DNA of 33,229 nucleotides. Origin: a virus. Taxonomy: Duplodnaviria; Caudoviricetes. Below the pieces are notes generated by a model, which made no database searches, was not told where the DNA came from, and was given only the letters and a program-made list of their open reading frames with translations. The DNA is taken from the IMG/VR virus record IMGVR_UViG_3300046738_000019, positions 1 to 33,229 of that record; one strand, written 5' to 3'. How positions within the stretch are numbered: position 1 is the stretch's first letter; the number at the start of each line of letters is the position of its first letter. The position numbers and the translations under genes are program-made. Positions 1 through 9,304 of this stretch are shown here, one piece after another.

Positions 1-155
1 ATCCTGTTAGCCACCATTAGCCGCACATCCGTGCGCCAGCTCCTGCGCGATTTGCGAACGCGGCACCGCGCACTAGAGCAGCAACGCGATCGCGTCAAGA
101 AGTGGCGTCATGCTGGCGCGCACGCCCTCGGCGCAGCAGCCTAGGCCCATCGAGC

Positions 156-392
156 GTGATCACCTGGCGCGACGTCACGGCCACGCACGCCACCGCGGAC
201 GTCTGCTACCGCGCGACGCCGATCGCGCGGCTGCACGCGCGCCCGACCCGCTGGCAGCTCGAGTTCGTGGGCGGCACGCTCGAGGGGCCGGCGAACTCGC
301 TCGGCCACGCCAAGCGGGCGGCGCTGCAGGCGCTGGCCGAGGCCCTGGGCGCCCTCGATATGGACATGCAGATGGCGCTGCGCTCGACGTAG
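156..392 (+). CDS. Hypothetical protein, convergent with the late operon
   Basis: ORF 102..392; the sequence looks protein-like from GTG 156 (VITWRDV...HAKRAALQALAEAL); start uncertain. Confidence 0.45.
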   Translation: MITWRDVTATHATADVCYRATPIARLHARPTRWQLEFVGGTLEGPANSLGHAKRAALQALAEALGALDMDMQMALRST

Positions 393-422
393 CGACGCGC
401 CGCCACCCGGTGAAGACGTGAC

Positions 423-935
423 CTACTCCACGTGCACCTGCGCGAACAGTTCGTCATAGGCGGCCTCGGGCGGATCGTCCTGGGCGCGCCGGTCGAACGC
501 AGCCGCGAACCGTGCGCCCACGTCGTCCATCCGCCGCCGCCGGCGATCGGGCTGGTCGGTGTAGACGGCGGCCCGCACTTCGGACAGCGCACGCCAGGCG
601 AAGTACTGCCCGCGCTCGAGCTTGACGATCCGGCCGCGGCGCCCTGGCTCGTTCGCGAATAGCTGCTCATCGAGGCGCTTGAGCAGTTCGGCCTGCTGCG
701 ACTTGAGCGCCACGAGCTCGGCGCCTACCTCGAGCGCTTTGGCCATCTCGGCCTTGCTGTCCATCTTGGCGCCCACCCAGGCGACCGCACCGGTGGCGGC
801 GGCCAGGATCCACGGCACCGCCTGGCCCAAGAGCGATCGGCCCTTGCGCGACCGGGCCACCGTGCTCAGGCCGGCCAGGAGCGAGTCGACCTCGCGCTGC
901 GCAGCCTCACGCTCCTCGGTGCGCTCGTCGCTCAT
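423..935 (-). CDS. Single-TM/coiled-coil membrane protein next to the endolysin (possible holin or spanin-like)
   Basis: ATG 935 overlaps the endolysin stop (ATGA); hydrophobic AVPWILAAATGAVAWVGA followed by a heptad-like helix. Confidence 0.6.
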   Translation of the reverse strand: MSDERTEEREAAQREVDSLLAGLSTVARSRKGRSLLGQAVPWILAAATGAVAWVGAKMDSKAEMAKALEVGAELVALKSQQAELLKRLDEQLFANEPGRRGRIVKLERGQYFAWRALSEVRAAVYTDQPDRRRRRMDDVGARFAAAFDRRAQDDPPEAAYDELFAQVHVE

Positions 936-1723
936 ACGATCGCCGCCTGGCTGTCGAACGCGAGCTGCACCTGCTCGAGGTACCACGTCATGGGAAAGCC
1001 CGGCCCCGGGTCGTGGTGGTCGGAGCGCCCGAACGCGATCGAGACTTCGTGGTGGGTGGTGATGCCGCGCGCGCCCTTCTTGAGCAGGTCAGCAGCCCGC
1101 ACGAACCTGATCGGCAGGCTGCGTTCGCGAGCCTTGCGCGCCACGAGTTGCGCGCTGAGCCACAGCATCCGGACGCCGAAGTCGTCGAGCCACTCGGCCG
1201 TGGACTGCCGTGCATAGCCCGCGTGCTCGATCTGCAGGCCGTTGTGGTTGGCGCCTGGCGCAGCGAACGCCACGACGTGATCGGGCACGCCCTGCACCAC
1301 CGAATCCGAGTCGACATAGTAGTGCGCTGACTTCGCGCCGGCGTCGGGCGACAGCGCGGCCATGTATTGCGCGCAGTGCTCGGCTCGCGTGCTGCTCTCG
1401 GCGCCCTCCATGCAATGCAGCACCACCAGGTCGACGACGGTGCGCCGCTTGCCGTAGAACCGGCTCTGCACGAACGGAATCGTGCGCGCCAGCACCGGCG
1501 GTGGGCGGATACTTGGTGACCTGGGCGCAGCCATCAACTGCAGCTCGAGCACGGTCACCTCGCCCGTGACCTCGAGCCCGGTCGCAGCTTGAAACGCACA
1601 GGTCGCGTTGTGGGTGCGCTTGCCGAAGTCACCATCGGCAGCATTCAGTCCGAGCAGGTAGCCACGGACGATGAGCGACTGCTGCCAGCGCACGACGTCG
1701 GGGCCGCTGCTGCCGAGTTTCAT
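932..1723 (-). CDS. Endolysin: peptidoglycan-binding domain plus N-acetylmuramoyl-L-alanine amidase (Amidase_2-like)
   Basis: N-terminal GSSGPDV..WQ..L...ADGDFG..T..A...FQ...GL.VTG PG-binding motif; amidase motifs VVLH, SAHYYVD, IEH, THH, HHDPGPGFP. Confidence 0.92.
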   Translation of the reverse strand: MKLGSSGPDVVRWQQSLIVRGYLLGLNAADGDFGKRTHNATCAFQAATGLEVTGEVTVLELQLMAAPRSPSIRPPPVLARTIPFVQSRFYGKRRTVVDLVVLHCMEGAESSTRAEHCAQYMAALSPDAGAKSAHYYVDSDSVVQGVPDHVVAFAAPGANHNGLQIEHAGYARQSTAEWLDDFGVRMLWLSAQLVARKARERSLPIRFVRAADLLKKGARGITTHHEVSIAFGRSDHHDPGPGFPMTWYLEQVQLAFDSQAAIV

Positions 1724-2355
1724 AGCTCGACGATCATTCCGGTGGTGCCCGACTGTACGCTAACGCTACTGCCTGCAACGCCTGACGCGAAGCGCAGTGC
1801 CATCGTACCGGCTGAGGTGGTGATGATGGTTCCGGATAAGATACAGCCAAGGTCCGTCGCGCCGGGGCCGACAGCGCTGACACCAATTAGACCGTCTAGA
1901 GTAGACGTTTCGCTAGCCTGAAACCCTGCAGCTCCCGTCGCACCTAGGAGCACGCAGCGCATATAACTTGCTGTGCCCGAGTAGTTGATGGCCAGCCGCA
2001 AGCCGGTTGTTGCATTGGCTGTTCGGAAAACGACAAACCAGGCGAAGAAGTAGGTGGTGCCAGTTTTCAGAGCTACCGTGAGTTGCGGCGAGACGTCACC
2101 GGCGGTGGCCAATGTACTGGACACCCCGGCCGTGAGCCGTGGAAAGGTCATCAGGCGCCCTGCGATGAGCGACCCGACGCGACGCGCCATCTCTCCATCG
2201 AGCCACGAACCGGGGGTGAGGTTCGTCGGACCCGCGGTCTCGACCAGCCCGTGCACGTGGTCGAACGCGCTCGCGAGTCGACCCACCCCCGCGATCGGGG
2301 TACCGCCGATCTTGACCGGGACAACCTTGCTGATGATGGGATTCACGAGCGGCAT
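1720..2355 (-). CDS. Putative tail fibre/receptor-binding accessory protein
   Basis: G/T/S/A-rich beta-type sequence, DHVH motif, located at the end of the tail module. Confidence 0.55.
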   Translation of the reverse strand: MPLVNPIISKVVPVKIGGTPIAGVGRLASAFDHVHGLVETAGPTNLTPGSWLDGEMARRVGSLIAGRLMTFPRLTAGVSSTLATAGDVSPQLTVALKTGTTYFFAWFVVFRTANATTGLRLAINYSGTASYMRCVLLGATGAAGFQASETSTLDGLIGVSAVGPGATDLGCILSGTIITTSAGTMALRFASGVAGSSVSVQSGTTGMIVEL

Positions 2356-2359
2356 GACT

Positions 2360-2800
2360 TCACTGCTCAGTCTGCGGTGCGGTACCGCCGTCGCGGATCA
2401 GCCGATAGATCGCCTCGAACGGGTTGGCCGGAGGGTTGGGCACTTGCGCGAACGCTTGCATCAGCGCTGCGAAGATGGGTGCGACGTCGTCGGTCGGGCC
2501 TTCATAGCTGCTCGTCTCAGCGACCCAGTATCGCGAACTGGCCGGCGCACCCGGGTCCATCGCTGTCAGCACCACCTCGGCATTGGCGAGGTGGTCGGCG
2601 TAGTCTGCTGGCTGGCGCTCGAGCGGCTGTCCGACGAGCGAATGCCAGATCGTCGCCGCACGAGCGAGTCGCAATTCCAGCGCTTTCGCTTCAGCCTCGC
2701 TGTCGCAGACAAACCGGGGGATGTGGCGGCGGCGCTCTTTACCCGGTTCGTCGAAGTCGACATCGTAGCAACGCATCACGATCCATTTCGTAGTGGCCAT
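2360..2800 (-). CDS. Hypothetical protein
   Basis: 146-aa ORF fitting tightly between its neighbours; no motif recognised. Confidence 0.65.
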   Translation of the reverse strand: MATTKWIVMRCYDVDFDEPGKERRRHIPRFVCDSEAEAKALELRLARAATIWHSLVGQPLERQPADYADHLANAEVVLTAMDPGAPASSRYWVAETSSYEGPTDDVAPIFAALMQAFAQVPNPPANPFEAIYRLIRDGGTAPQTEQ

Positions 2801-2804
2801 AGTC

Positions 2805-3248
2805 TCACCCTGTTTCTGTCACGTGCGCATCGCCGGTTGCGTTGCTCCATATGCCCGTAACGATTCCGGTGTAGTAGCGCGGTGGCATCTCATAAGTGCC
2901 ACCGGGTTCGATTTGCACCGTCCAACTGCTGAGTGACGCGGCCGAACCGAACTTGAGGCACAGCGTCGATGTCGACGTGCTGTTGTTCACGACGATGAGC
3001 CCGAACCGGGTTGCTTTGGCTGCAGCGAGGGTGACCACACTCGCACTCGCTGGGACGGTGACAACCGCTGCTGTGCCCGGGGCGCCTACAAGCGTCGCGA
3101 GATGTCCTTTGCTCGCACCAATGTCAGCCTCGACCGTGCCGGGCAGAGTCTCGACGTCGTGCGCCGGGATGATCGCGTCGCCAGGCATGCGCGACTTCAT
3201 CTTGACGGGGGCGGCTGCAAGCGGGTCGTCGTAGTAGAGATCGGTCAT
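2805..3248 (-). CDS. Putative virion/fibre-associated beta-sandwich protein
   Basis: ATG 3248 overlaps the upstream stop; C-terminal R.GL...N.S...L.LKFG......I.PG..YE....YTG.VTGIW pattern seen in phage structural proteins. Confidence 0.6.
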   Translation of the reverse strand: MTDLYYDDPLAAAPVKMKSRMPGDAIIPAHDVETLPGTVEADIGASKGHLATLVGAPGTAAVVTVPASASVVTLAAAKATRFGLIVVNNSTSTSTLCLKFGSAASLSSWTVQIEPGGTYEMPPRYYTGIVTGIWSNATGDAHVTETG

Positions 3249-4420
3249 AGCACGCCCCCGAGATAGATCTTGCTGCCACCCAGCGCCCACAGTTGACCGT
3301 CGATGAACCGCATCCATTTGAGCTGGTCGATGGTGACGTAGTCGATTGTGAAATCTGGCGGTTGATTGATAGCTGTTGGGCTATAGCGGACGTCGACAGT
3401 TGTACCGTCGGTGGACCATGTGTGGATCAGCCAGCCGTACGGCGAAGCAACCAAGTAATCGTTACCGCCAAATAGTGCGTTGTGAATTCGGGTCCACGTG
3501 ATCCCATCGGCAGATCGAAACGCTTCACCATTGGACGTGTACTCATACAAGAAGCCGAGCGAAGGATCATAGATCACCGGCCCGCGGCCAGTGGCGCCGC
3601 CGTAGGAGCGTCGCGCTGTCCACGTGATGCCGTCGGGCGATGACGCAATATCGCCCTCACCCGTGCCAATCACGAACAGGCCGGCGCCATACGCAATCCC
3701 GTCGATGTCAGGCGTGCCCGCGAAGGGGTCGGTTGCGGTGCTCCATGACGTACCGTTGGTCGAATATTTGATGAGTCCGAGTGCGCCAACCGCGACACAC
3801 AAACCAAGCCCATTGGTCGCTATCTTGAGAAAGTTGGCGCCCCCGTTGGCACGGCGAATCCACGTGCCATCGCCGGTCGAGGTTTGAATCTCCCCTGTCT
3901 TGCCTACCGCAATGAACAGCCCAAGGGTCGCGTCGTACGCGATGTCGGTGAAATCGCCCGTGTAGGCAAATTGGGGGGCCTGCGCATTGAAGTTGGAGCG
4001 CGGCCCTTGGTTACATTGGATGGTTCCCGCAGTCCCGACAGCGATTGCTTGTCCGGAGTAGCCTGCCGGCGAGACACGCGCACGCGCGAGCGCGTTCAAC
4101 GACTGAGGGCCGACCCCGGTGTCGTGGATCATGCGCACCGTCGTGAGCGCGGTCTTGAGCTGCGCGCGGCCGATCAGCGCTTGGATCGCGGCCAGCACCT
4201 GCGTCAGATTCGACTCACTGCGCGTCAGCCCCGCACCGCTGATCAGATTCGCGAGCTCGTTTTGCGTGTCGCTGAGCGCGTCCCACGCGTGATTGAAATA
4301 CCCGGCGGGCGGCTCCTCACCATTCGCCCACCCCGCTATGCGCTTCGCTGGCGGCGGCGACACCGTGCCGGGATAGCCAGCCGGCGGGGTTGTTGCCCAT
4401 TGGTCGAGCTTCAAATCCAT
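3245..4420 (-). CDS. Tail fibre/receptor-binding protein with Asp-box (BNR-like) beta-propeller
   Basis: N-terminal GW..GE.PPA.YFN and ELANLI..AGL......TQVLAAI fibre-anchor motifs; repeats STGDGTW, STNGTSW, SPDGITW, SADGITW. Confidence 0.78.
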   Translation of the reverse strand: MDLKLDQWATTPPAGYPGTVSPPPAKRIAGWANGEEPPAGYFNHAWDALSDTQNELANLISGAGLTRSESNLTQVLAAIQALIGRAQLKTALTTVRMIHDTGVGPQSLNALARARVSPAGYSGQAIAVGTAGTIQCNQGPRSNFNAQAPQFAYTGDFTDIAYDATLGLFIAVGKTGEIQTSTGDGTWIRRANGGANFLKIATNGLGLCVAVGALGLIKYSTNGTSWSTATDPFAGTPDIDGIAYGAGLFVIGTGEGDIASSPDGITWTARRSYGGATGRGPVIYDPSLGFLYEYTSNGEAFRSADGITWTRIHNALFGGNDYLVASPYGWLIHTWSTDGTTVDVRYSPTAINQPPDFTIDYVTIDQLKWMRFIDGQLWALGGSKIYLGGVL

Positions 4421-5049
4421 CAGAGCACCACCAGCAACGCGCCGTTGCGCTTGTGCACCGCGGCGAACGGCGAGTAAATCTCGCGGCCATCGCTCACCGC
4501 CGACAGCCGGCTCAGCGTGAAGCCCTTGTCACTGCCCAGCACCGACGCGCCAGTCTGCGAAAATCGGAAGCCGCGCGCGGTGTCCGACCACCGAAAGTGC
4601 ATCCCAACGCCGGCGGCTTTCGCGAGCCTGAGCAGCTTGGCGATCTCCGATCCAGCGTCGCCAGGAATCGGTTGGCGCGCGTGGAGCGTGCACCAGCCCG
4701 GGTACTGCTCCTCGAGCCACACCGGTTCGCCAGCGAGCTTCCTGGCAATGTCGAGTAGCTGCGAGGCCCTGCCACTGCTGGCGTTCGCCAAGATGCGCCC
4801 GCTAATCCAGATTCGATAGAGGTCGTCGGTGAGGCTCAGCCGAGGCTGGCCTACGATCTTGCCGAGGATGTCCAGCACCACGCCCTCCGCAGTCGCCGGC
4901 GAGCGCTTGGTCAGGAGATCCCAGCTTGTCCGCTCGACCTCTTGGACTTCCGCGAGCCAACTCGCAAGCAGCGCCGAGATCTTCGGCTTGCGCATGCGCT
5001 CGGTGAGTCGCGCGACACCGTCGGTCTCATGCGTGGTGACAAGCTCCAT
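4420..5049 (-). CDS. Baseplate wedge protein (DUF2612-like)
   Basis: TAEGVVLDILGKIVGQPR..LTDDLYR motif; follows baseplate J. Confidence 0.8.
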   Translation of the reverse strand: MELVTTHETDGVARLTERMRKPKISALLASWLAEVQEVERTSWDLLTKRSPATAEGVVLDILGKIVGQPRLSLTDDLYRIWISGRILANASSGRASQLLDIARKLAGEPVWLEEQYPGWCTLHARQPIPGDAGSEIAKLLRLAKAAGVGMHFRWSDTARGFRFSQTGASVLGSDKGFTLSRLSAVSDGREIYSPFAAVHKRNGALLVVL

Positions 5050-5051
5050 GC

Positions 5052-6245
5052 TCAGAGCTCCACCACGGCAATGTTCGCGTCCGCCGCGACCGTGGCCAAT
5101 TGCCGCTGCGAAATCACGATCGAGAGAGCGCCAGCATCTGCGTCCGTGATTACCGAAGTGGCAAGCCCAACGCGAGCGTTGAGCACCCCGGGCACTTCCA
5201 GTGCGATGCAGACGATGCGACCGGCGTACACGCTCGTACCCACATCCAGATAGGCGGGGTTGAGCTTGTCGATGAACGCTGCGCGAATTGCTGCCCGAAC
5301 CCGTTGCGCGTTCACGTACCCTGGCCCCGTCTCGATCTCGATCGCCATGAACACCGGTACCTCGGCAGGGCGGCTGAAATAGACGTCGTGGGCGTCGCCA
5401 CGATCATCGAGCACCGAGACAACCGGCTCGCTGCCCTGTGTGCGAATGCCGCCAATCTTGTTGCTGTAGATGCTCTCGGCGATGGCTTGCGCGTCGCCGC
5501 CTCGCACAATTGCCTCGATGGAGTGCGGCGGCAACCCATCGACAATAGTATCGGTCTCATTCTCAAGCACTTCGACCGCCACCACATCGGGCACGCGCGC
5601 GAGGTCGGCGCGAATGCCGCTCACCGTACCCCCGCCCGGCGCTGTGAGCTCGACGAGTCGCCGAATGCGGTAGGCAGCGTCGCTCTCGATGCCCGAACCC
5701 AGTGCTGCGTCAGCATCATTCGTGATCGAGTTCCAGCCGCCGATGAAAGTCTCGATCACGGTCAGCGTGCCGGCGTTGGCGACGACTTCGCCAGCGACCT
5801 CAGCTTCGAACACGACTTCGAAGTTGCTTGACGTACCGCCGGCATTCACCATCGGCTCGGCATTGGTGAAGCGCGCGGTGGGATTGCCTTCCACGCTCGC
5901 GACTGCGTCACCGGGCGCGACGTTCACGCCTGCGGCCAGGTTGACGACTGCAGTGACGCGGCTTTTCTTGGGACCAAGGCGGAACGTGTTCGTCAGCGCA
6001 TAGAGCGCGTCCTGCTGTGCGCCGCTGGCCTTGTCGGGATCGAGCGCGTCGTAGTTCGTTTGGTTGGTCTCCCAGCACTCCGCAATGGCGCTCGCAATGA
6101 TGCCATTGAGCTGGCCGACGATGCTGAATGGACTCGTGTCGAGGTTGGCGCCGAGTGACCCTCGCTGGCGCGCCACGATGTCGGCCTCGATCTGCGCGAG
6201 GCTCTTCGGGACGAAGCCTTCGGGCGTGAGGCCGAACGTCGTCAT
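5052..6245 (-). CDS. Baseplate J/gp47-like protein
   Basis: FGLTPEGF start, DPDKASG, ESDAAYRIR, ENET...DGLPPHSIEAIVRGG, FSRP motifs. Confidence 0.9.
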   Translation of the reverse strand: MTTFGLTPEGFVPKSLAQIEADIVARQRGSLGANLDTSPFSIVGQLNGIIASAIAECWETNQTNYDALDPDKASGAQQDALYALTNTFRLGPKKSRVTAVVNLAAGVNVAPGDAVASVEGNPTARFTNAEPMVNAGGTSSNFEVVFEAEVAGEVVANAGTLTVIETFIGGWNSITNDADAALGSGIESDAAYRIRRLVELTAPGGGTVSGIRADLARVPDVVAVEVLENETDTIVDGLPPHSIEAIVRGGDAQAIAESIYSNKIGGIRTQGSEPVVSVLDDRGDAHDVYFSRPAEVPVFMAIEIETGPGYVNAQRVRAAIRAAFIDKLNPAYLDVGTSVYAGRIVCIALEVPGVLNARVGLATSVITDADAGALSIVISQRQLATVAADANIAVVEL

Positions 6246-6619
6246 GCCGCGCCCCCGATCGACTCGGCGAGCCCGAGCGAGAGGCCTTCGCCCGTGTCGA
6301 GAATCGCCTCAGCGGCCACAGTCAGCGTTCGCGTTGAGCGATTGAGGCCGAGGCGCAGATCGCGCACGTCCGCGACGCCTGGCACCTGCCGAGTGGCGGT
6401 GGCGAAGATGGCGCGCAGCACCGGCGGGCGGACGCCCTTCTCGAGAATGTCGTTCTGGTAGTCGATGCCAATCGAGCGGTCGAGGAACCACTCGCCGCGG
6501 AACATGGTCACATGCGAGGCCCAGAGCTGGGCGACCGCCTCGGCGCCCTGAGCGAGGCGCGCACGGCCACTCTGCAGCTCCAGGTCACCGGTCGCCGGGT
6601 CGAGCGCCAAGTCCGACAC
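6242..6619 (-). CDS. Baseplate wedge/sheath initiator (gp25/gp46-like)
   Basis: DLALD..TGDL, F.GEWFLD..IGIDY motif; GTG 6619 preferred over track start 6646. Confidence 0.8.
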   Translation of the reverse strand: MSDLALDPATGDLELQSGRARLAQGAEAVAQLWASHVTMFRGEWFLDRSIGIDYQNDILEKGVRPPVLRAIFATATRQVPGVADVRDLRLGLNRSTRTLTVAAEAILDTGEGLSLGLAESIGGAA

Positions 6620-6624
6620 GGGCG

Positions 6625-6653
6625 CTGGTATGCGGGCACCCGGCAATAGTCAA
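6625..6653 (-). promoter_or_regulatory. Sigma70-like promoter TTGACT-N17-TACCAG, 5 nt before GTG 6619
   Basis: Matches the motif at 17842-17870 in spacing and shares a 14-bp core (CCCGCATACCAGCG). Confidence 0.6.
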
Positions 6654-6668
6654 GATCAGGCCTGTTCG

Positions 6669-7415
6669 CTAGGTCGCCTTCACCTTGGTGGCTTTCACGC
6701 TGGCGGCCGAGGACGGAATGCTAGCCACAGCCGTGTTGAACGTGGTCCCGATGGCCGGGCCGCCGCCTGCGGGCGTGACCGCGCCGAGACCAGCGGCCGT
6801 GGCGGTTTTGAGTGTAGTTATGTCCGCCTTCAGGTTGCTGATTTCGGTGTCGACCTTTGCCGCGAGCGCGACAAAGTCGTGACCGCTCGCCCCACCGAGT
6901 TGCACCTCACCCGTCGGCGTGATGTGAATTTGACCAGTGCCGTTCACGTGCCCGATCACCAAGTCCGTGGCATGAACCCCCGCCAGCAGCGCCGATCGCG
7001 GCGCCGGGCCGCACGGCAGAGCCACGGCGCCCTCCAGGGTATGCGTCCCCACGTCACCCGGCGTAATCGCCCGCTGGCTACCTTTGCGGGCCGTCTGTAG
7101 CCACTGGTCCAGCGACCGCTCGGCGAACACCAGGAGCACGAAGTCCCCGACCGCGATCGGCATGGAGATAAAGAACCCACCACCCTGCATGTAGCCTACC
7201 GGCACCATGGGGATTACCGGCAGCGTCTCATCGACCACGTGGCCATCCTCGTTGGGGGCGCGGCGCTGCAGGCTCGGCTGCACGTCCACGAATTGCCGCT
7301 TGTGGTCGCCGGCGTGCACCCGCACCACCTCGGCCGGCATGCAGGTGTGCAGCTCGGACAGGGCAGCGTCGAGCGCGCGCTGGATGATGTCGAGTTCGGA
7401 GGGTGTGACGGTCAT
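6669..7415 (-). CDS. Central baseplate spike (Gp138-like)
   Basis: LHTCMPA, VDVQP, VPV....GGGF....PI..GD..LLVFAERSLD.W motif. Confidence 0.85.
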   Translation of the reverse strand: MTVTPSELDIIQRALDAALSELHTCMPAEVVRVHAGDHKRQFVDVQPSLQRRAPNEDGHVVDETLPVIPMVPVGYMQGGGFFISMPIAVGDFVLLVFAERSLDQWLQTARKGSQRAITPGDVGTHTLEGAVALPCGPAPRSALLAGVHATDLVIGHVNGTGQIHITPTGEVQLGGASGHDFVALAAKVDTEISNLKADITTLKTATAAGLGAVTPAGGGPAIGTTFNTAVASIPSSAASVKATKVKAT

Positions 7416-8242
7416 TGTCTGCGTTCCTCGTTGCGAAGCTCAAGCTCCACGTACCAGTCGCGCTCGGCTGTTCCACCCAGGTGCCGGGTGGTCTCGACGC
7501 GGTAGATCCCGGTCACGTGCTCGCTCGTCAACTTGACGCGCCGGCCAGGATAGAGGTCGGGGATCATCAGGCAGCGCGCCTCGGTGATGCCCTTGTTGCC
7601 CGGCTCAGGCGAGCCTATGAGGCCGGTCTCGGGGGTGAGCTCGATGCCGAGTTCTTGCAAGGGCCGGCCCTGATCCAGGAACTGCAGCTCCTCGTCCTGG
7701 ATGGACCACTCAAGCCCACAGCTACGCGCCAGCCGGTCGAGCTCTCGCTCGATGGCACCAGCCAGCGCATAGCCGTTGAAGAACGCGCTGGCCTGCGTAC
7801 CCTGGACCTTCGCCGCGACGGTCTTGGCGGAGGTGTTGCCGAGCCGAACGCCCATGGCCTTGGCCGCAGCCAACAGCACGTCCTGCACGCTCGCGCCCGG
7901 CGCGAAGCTCCTGAGGATGCGGCGCTTGCGAGCGCGCCGGCCGCTGTCGCTCGTGATCGTGGTCAGCCAGTCGGTGCCCTCTCGCGTGCTGAGCACATCG
8001 CGCAAGTCGCCCCGAAAGAGCAGCGAGGTACCCTGCTCATAGCCGGCCTCGAGACTGACGAACACCTTCTCGAGTTCCTGCAGGTGCTTTCGGTGCTCGG
8101 CGTTGAGGTTCCAGATTCGGATTTCGGCGCTGTTGGGCGTCTTGGCCGACAGTGACTTCACGATCTCGAACGCGACATCCAAGCCCTCGATCACCAGCTC
8201 GTCGACCTGGACGCGGACCTTGCGGCCGAAGAGCTCGGTCAT
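7412..8242 (-). CDS. Baseplate hub protein
   Basis: F.I.K.....PN.AEI.IWNL, LEAGY, LFRGD, WSIQD, TGLIGSPE, H.G.T...W motifs. Confidence 0.85.
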   Translation of the reverse strand: MTELFGRKVRVQVDELVIEGLDVAFEIVKSLSAKTPNSAEIRIWNLNAEHRKHLQELEKVFVSLEAGYEQGTSLLFRGDLRDVLSTREGTDWLTTITSDSGRRARKRRILRSFAPGASVQDVLLAAAKAMGVRLGNTSAKTVAAKVQGTQASAFFNGYALAGAIERELDRLARSCGLEWSIQDEELQFLDQGRPLQELGIELTPETGLIGSPEPGNKGITEARCLMIPDLYPGRRVKLTSEHVTGIYRVETTRHLGGTAERDWYVELELRNEERRQ

Positions 8243-8559
8243 CCGCTGGCCTCGACGTAGTACAGCCCGAAGCGGCTCCCGAACTCCTCGAGCGTCGCGG
8301 GCGCGTCCTGGTCCTTGGCGTCGAGTAGGAAGAGCTCACCGGGCGGGCGCGACGGGTGGAGATTGCGACGAAGCAGCGGGAACCGCGTCACCAGCTTGAC
8401 GCCCATGGCGATCGGGGTGCCGTCGGGCGTGCCGAGGTCCAAATGCCAGCTTTCATCGCGTTGGTTCCAGCGGAAGCGAAGGCTGTAGGTGACGCCGTCG
8501 AGATCACACTGCTGCGTGGTGTCGGGGTACGACTCGACGGGGATGAGGCGGATGGCCAT
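8239..8559 (-). CDS. Baseplate plug-like protein (DUF6983-like)
   Basis: LDGVTY.LRFRWN.R...W.LD....G.KLV motif; located between Dit-like and hub genes. Confidence 0.75.
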   Translation of the reverse strand: MAIRLIPVESYPDTTQQCDLDGVTYSLRFRWNQRDESWHLDLGTPDGTPIAMGVKLVTRFPLLRRNLHPSRPPGELFLLDAKDQDAPATLEEFGSRFGLYYVEASG

Positions 8560-8560
8560 C

Positions 8561-9304
8561 TCAGTACCCAAAGTACCTTCTGGCCGCGGCGACCGCTTCG
8601 GGGAGCTTGCTGAGCGCGCTCTGGTTGTCCTCGCTCAGGGTTTCAGGCTGGACCTTCTCCGTGGGCTGCTTACCTCGGCTCTTACCGGGCTTTGCCCGAG
8701 CGTCGACCGGATCGGGCAGCTTAGCCGTTTGGCTCCGAACGATCCGCAGCACGCGACCGCTTGCTGAAAACTCGAGCTTATCACGCCCCACTGCGCCCGA
8801 CCGCTCGATGCTGAGGCTGGTGAGCGCGACGTTGGCGTAGGTCATGAGCCCGGTCACGATGGTGACGAGCTGCCGCCGTTCCACAATCGAGACCAGGGCC
8901 GCGTGCACCGCGCTCACCCGATCGAATGGCTCGGTGAAATGCAAGGCCATCGCCGCAAAAACGACCTTGCTGCGGACATCGAGCCGCAGGGCGCCGAGCA
9001 GCGCTACGCCCTGGTCGACGCCAGGAATCGTGCTGAGCGCGCCCATCGACGGCTCACCCTCGATTTCAATCGACGAGCGGCTCTCCCGTGCAGTGCCGAG
9101 ATTAGACTGCGGAACCTCAATCGGATGGTTGGTGACGATGCCCTCAATCGTGATTGCGGCAGGTAGCGGGCGGATGTGGTCGGCGACGTTCGCGCCGGCT
9201 TCGACGGGGTGCTCGGTGATTTCGGCCTGCAGCTCGTGGCCCTCGCGCACGCTCACGTCGATCCAGACGTCGCCAATGGTCACGTGCCGCGGGGGCGCCG
9301 CCAT
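8561..9304 (-). CDS. Dit-like baseplate/tube initiator protein
   Basis: ID....E.H....ITEHPVE.GA.VADH...P and VTIVTGL.TY.N motifs; follows tape measure. Confidence 0.82.
   Translation of the reverse strand: MAAPPRHVTIGDVWIDVSVREGHELQAEITEHPVEAGANVADHIRPLPAAITIEGIVTNHPIEVPQSNLGTARESRSSIEIEGEPSMGALSTIPGVDQGVALLGALRLDVRSKVVFAAMALHFTEPFDRVSAVHAALVSIVERRQLVTIVTGLMTYANVALTSLSIERSGAVGRDKLEFSASGRVLRIVRSQTAKLPDPVDARAKPGKSRGKQPTEKVQPETLSEDNQSALSKLPEAVAAARRYFGY

Noticed and set aside
1-144. Possible 3' end of a plus-strand gene, or a prophage boundary/att site
   Set aside because: The frame is open from base 1 but too short to judge; no integrase, tRNA or direct repeat is visible
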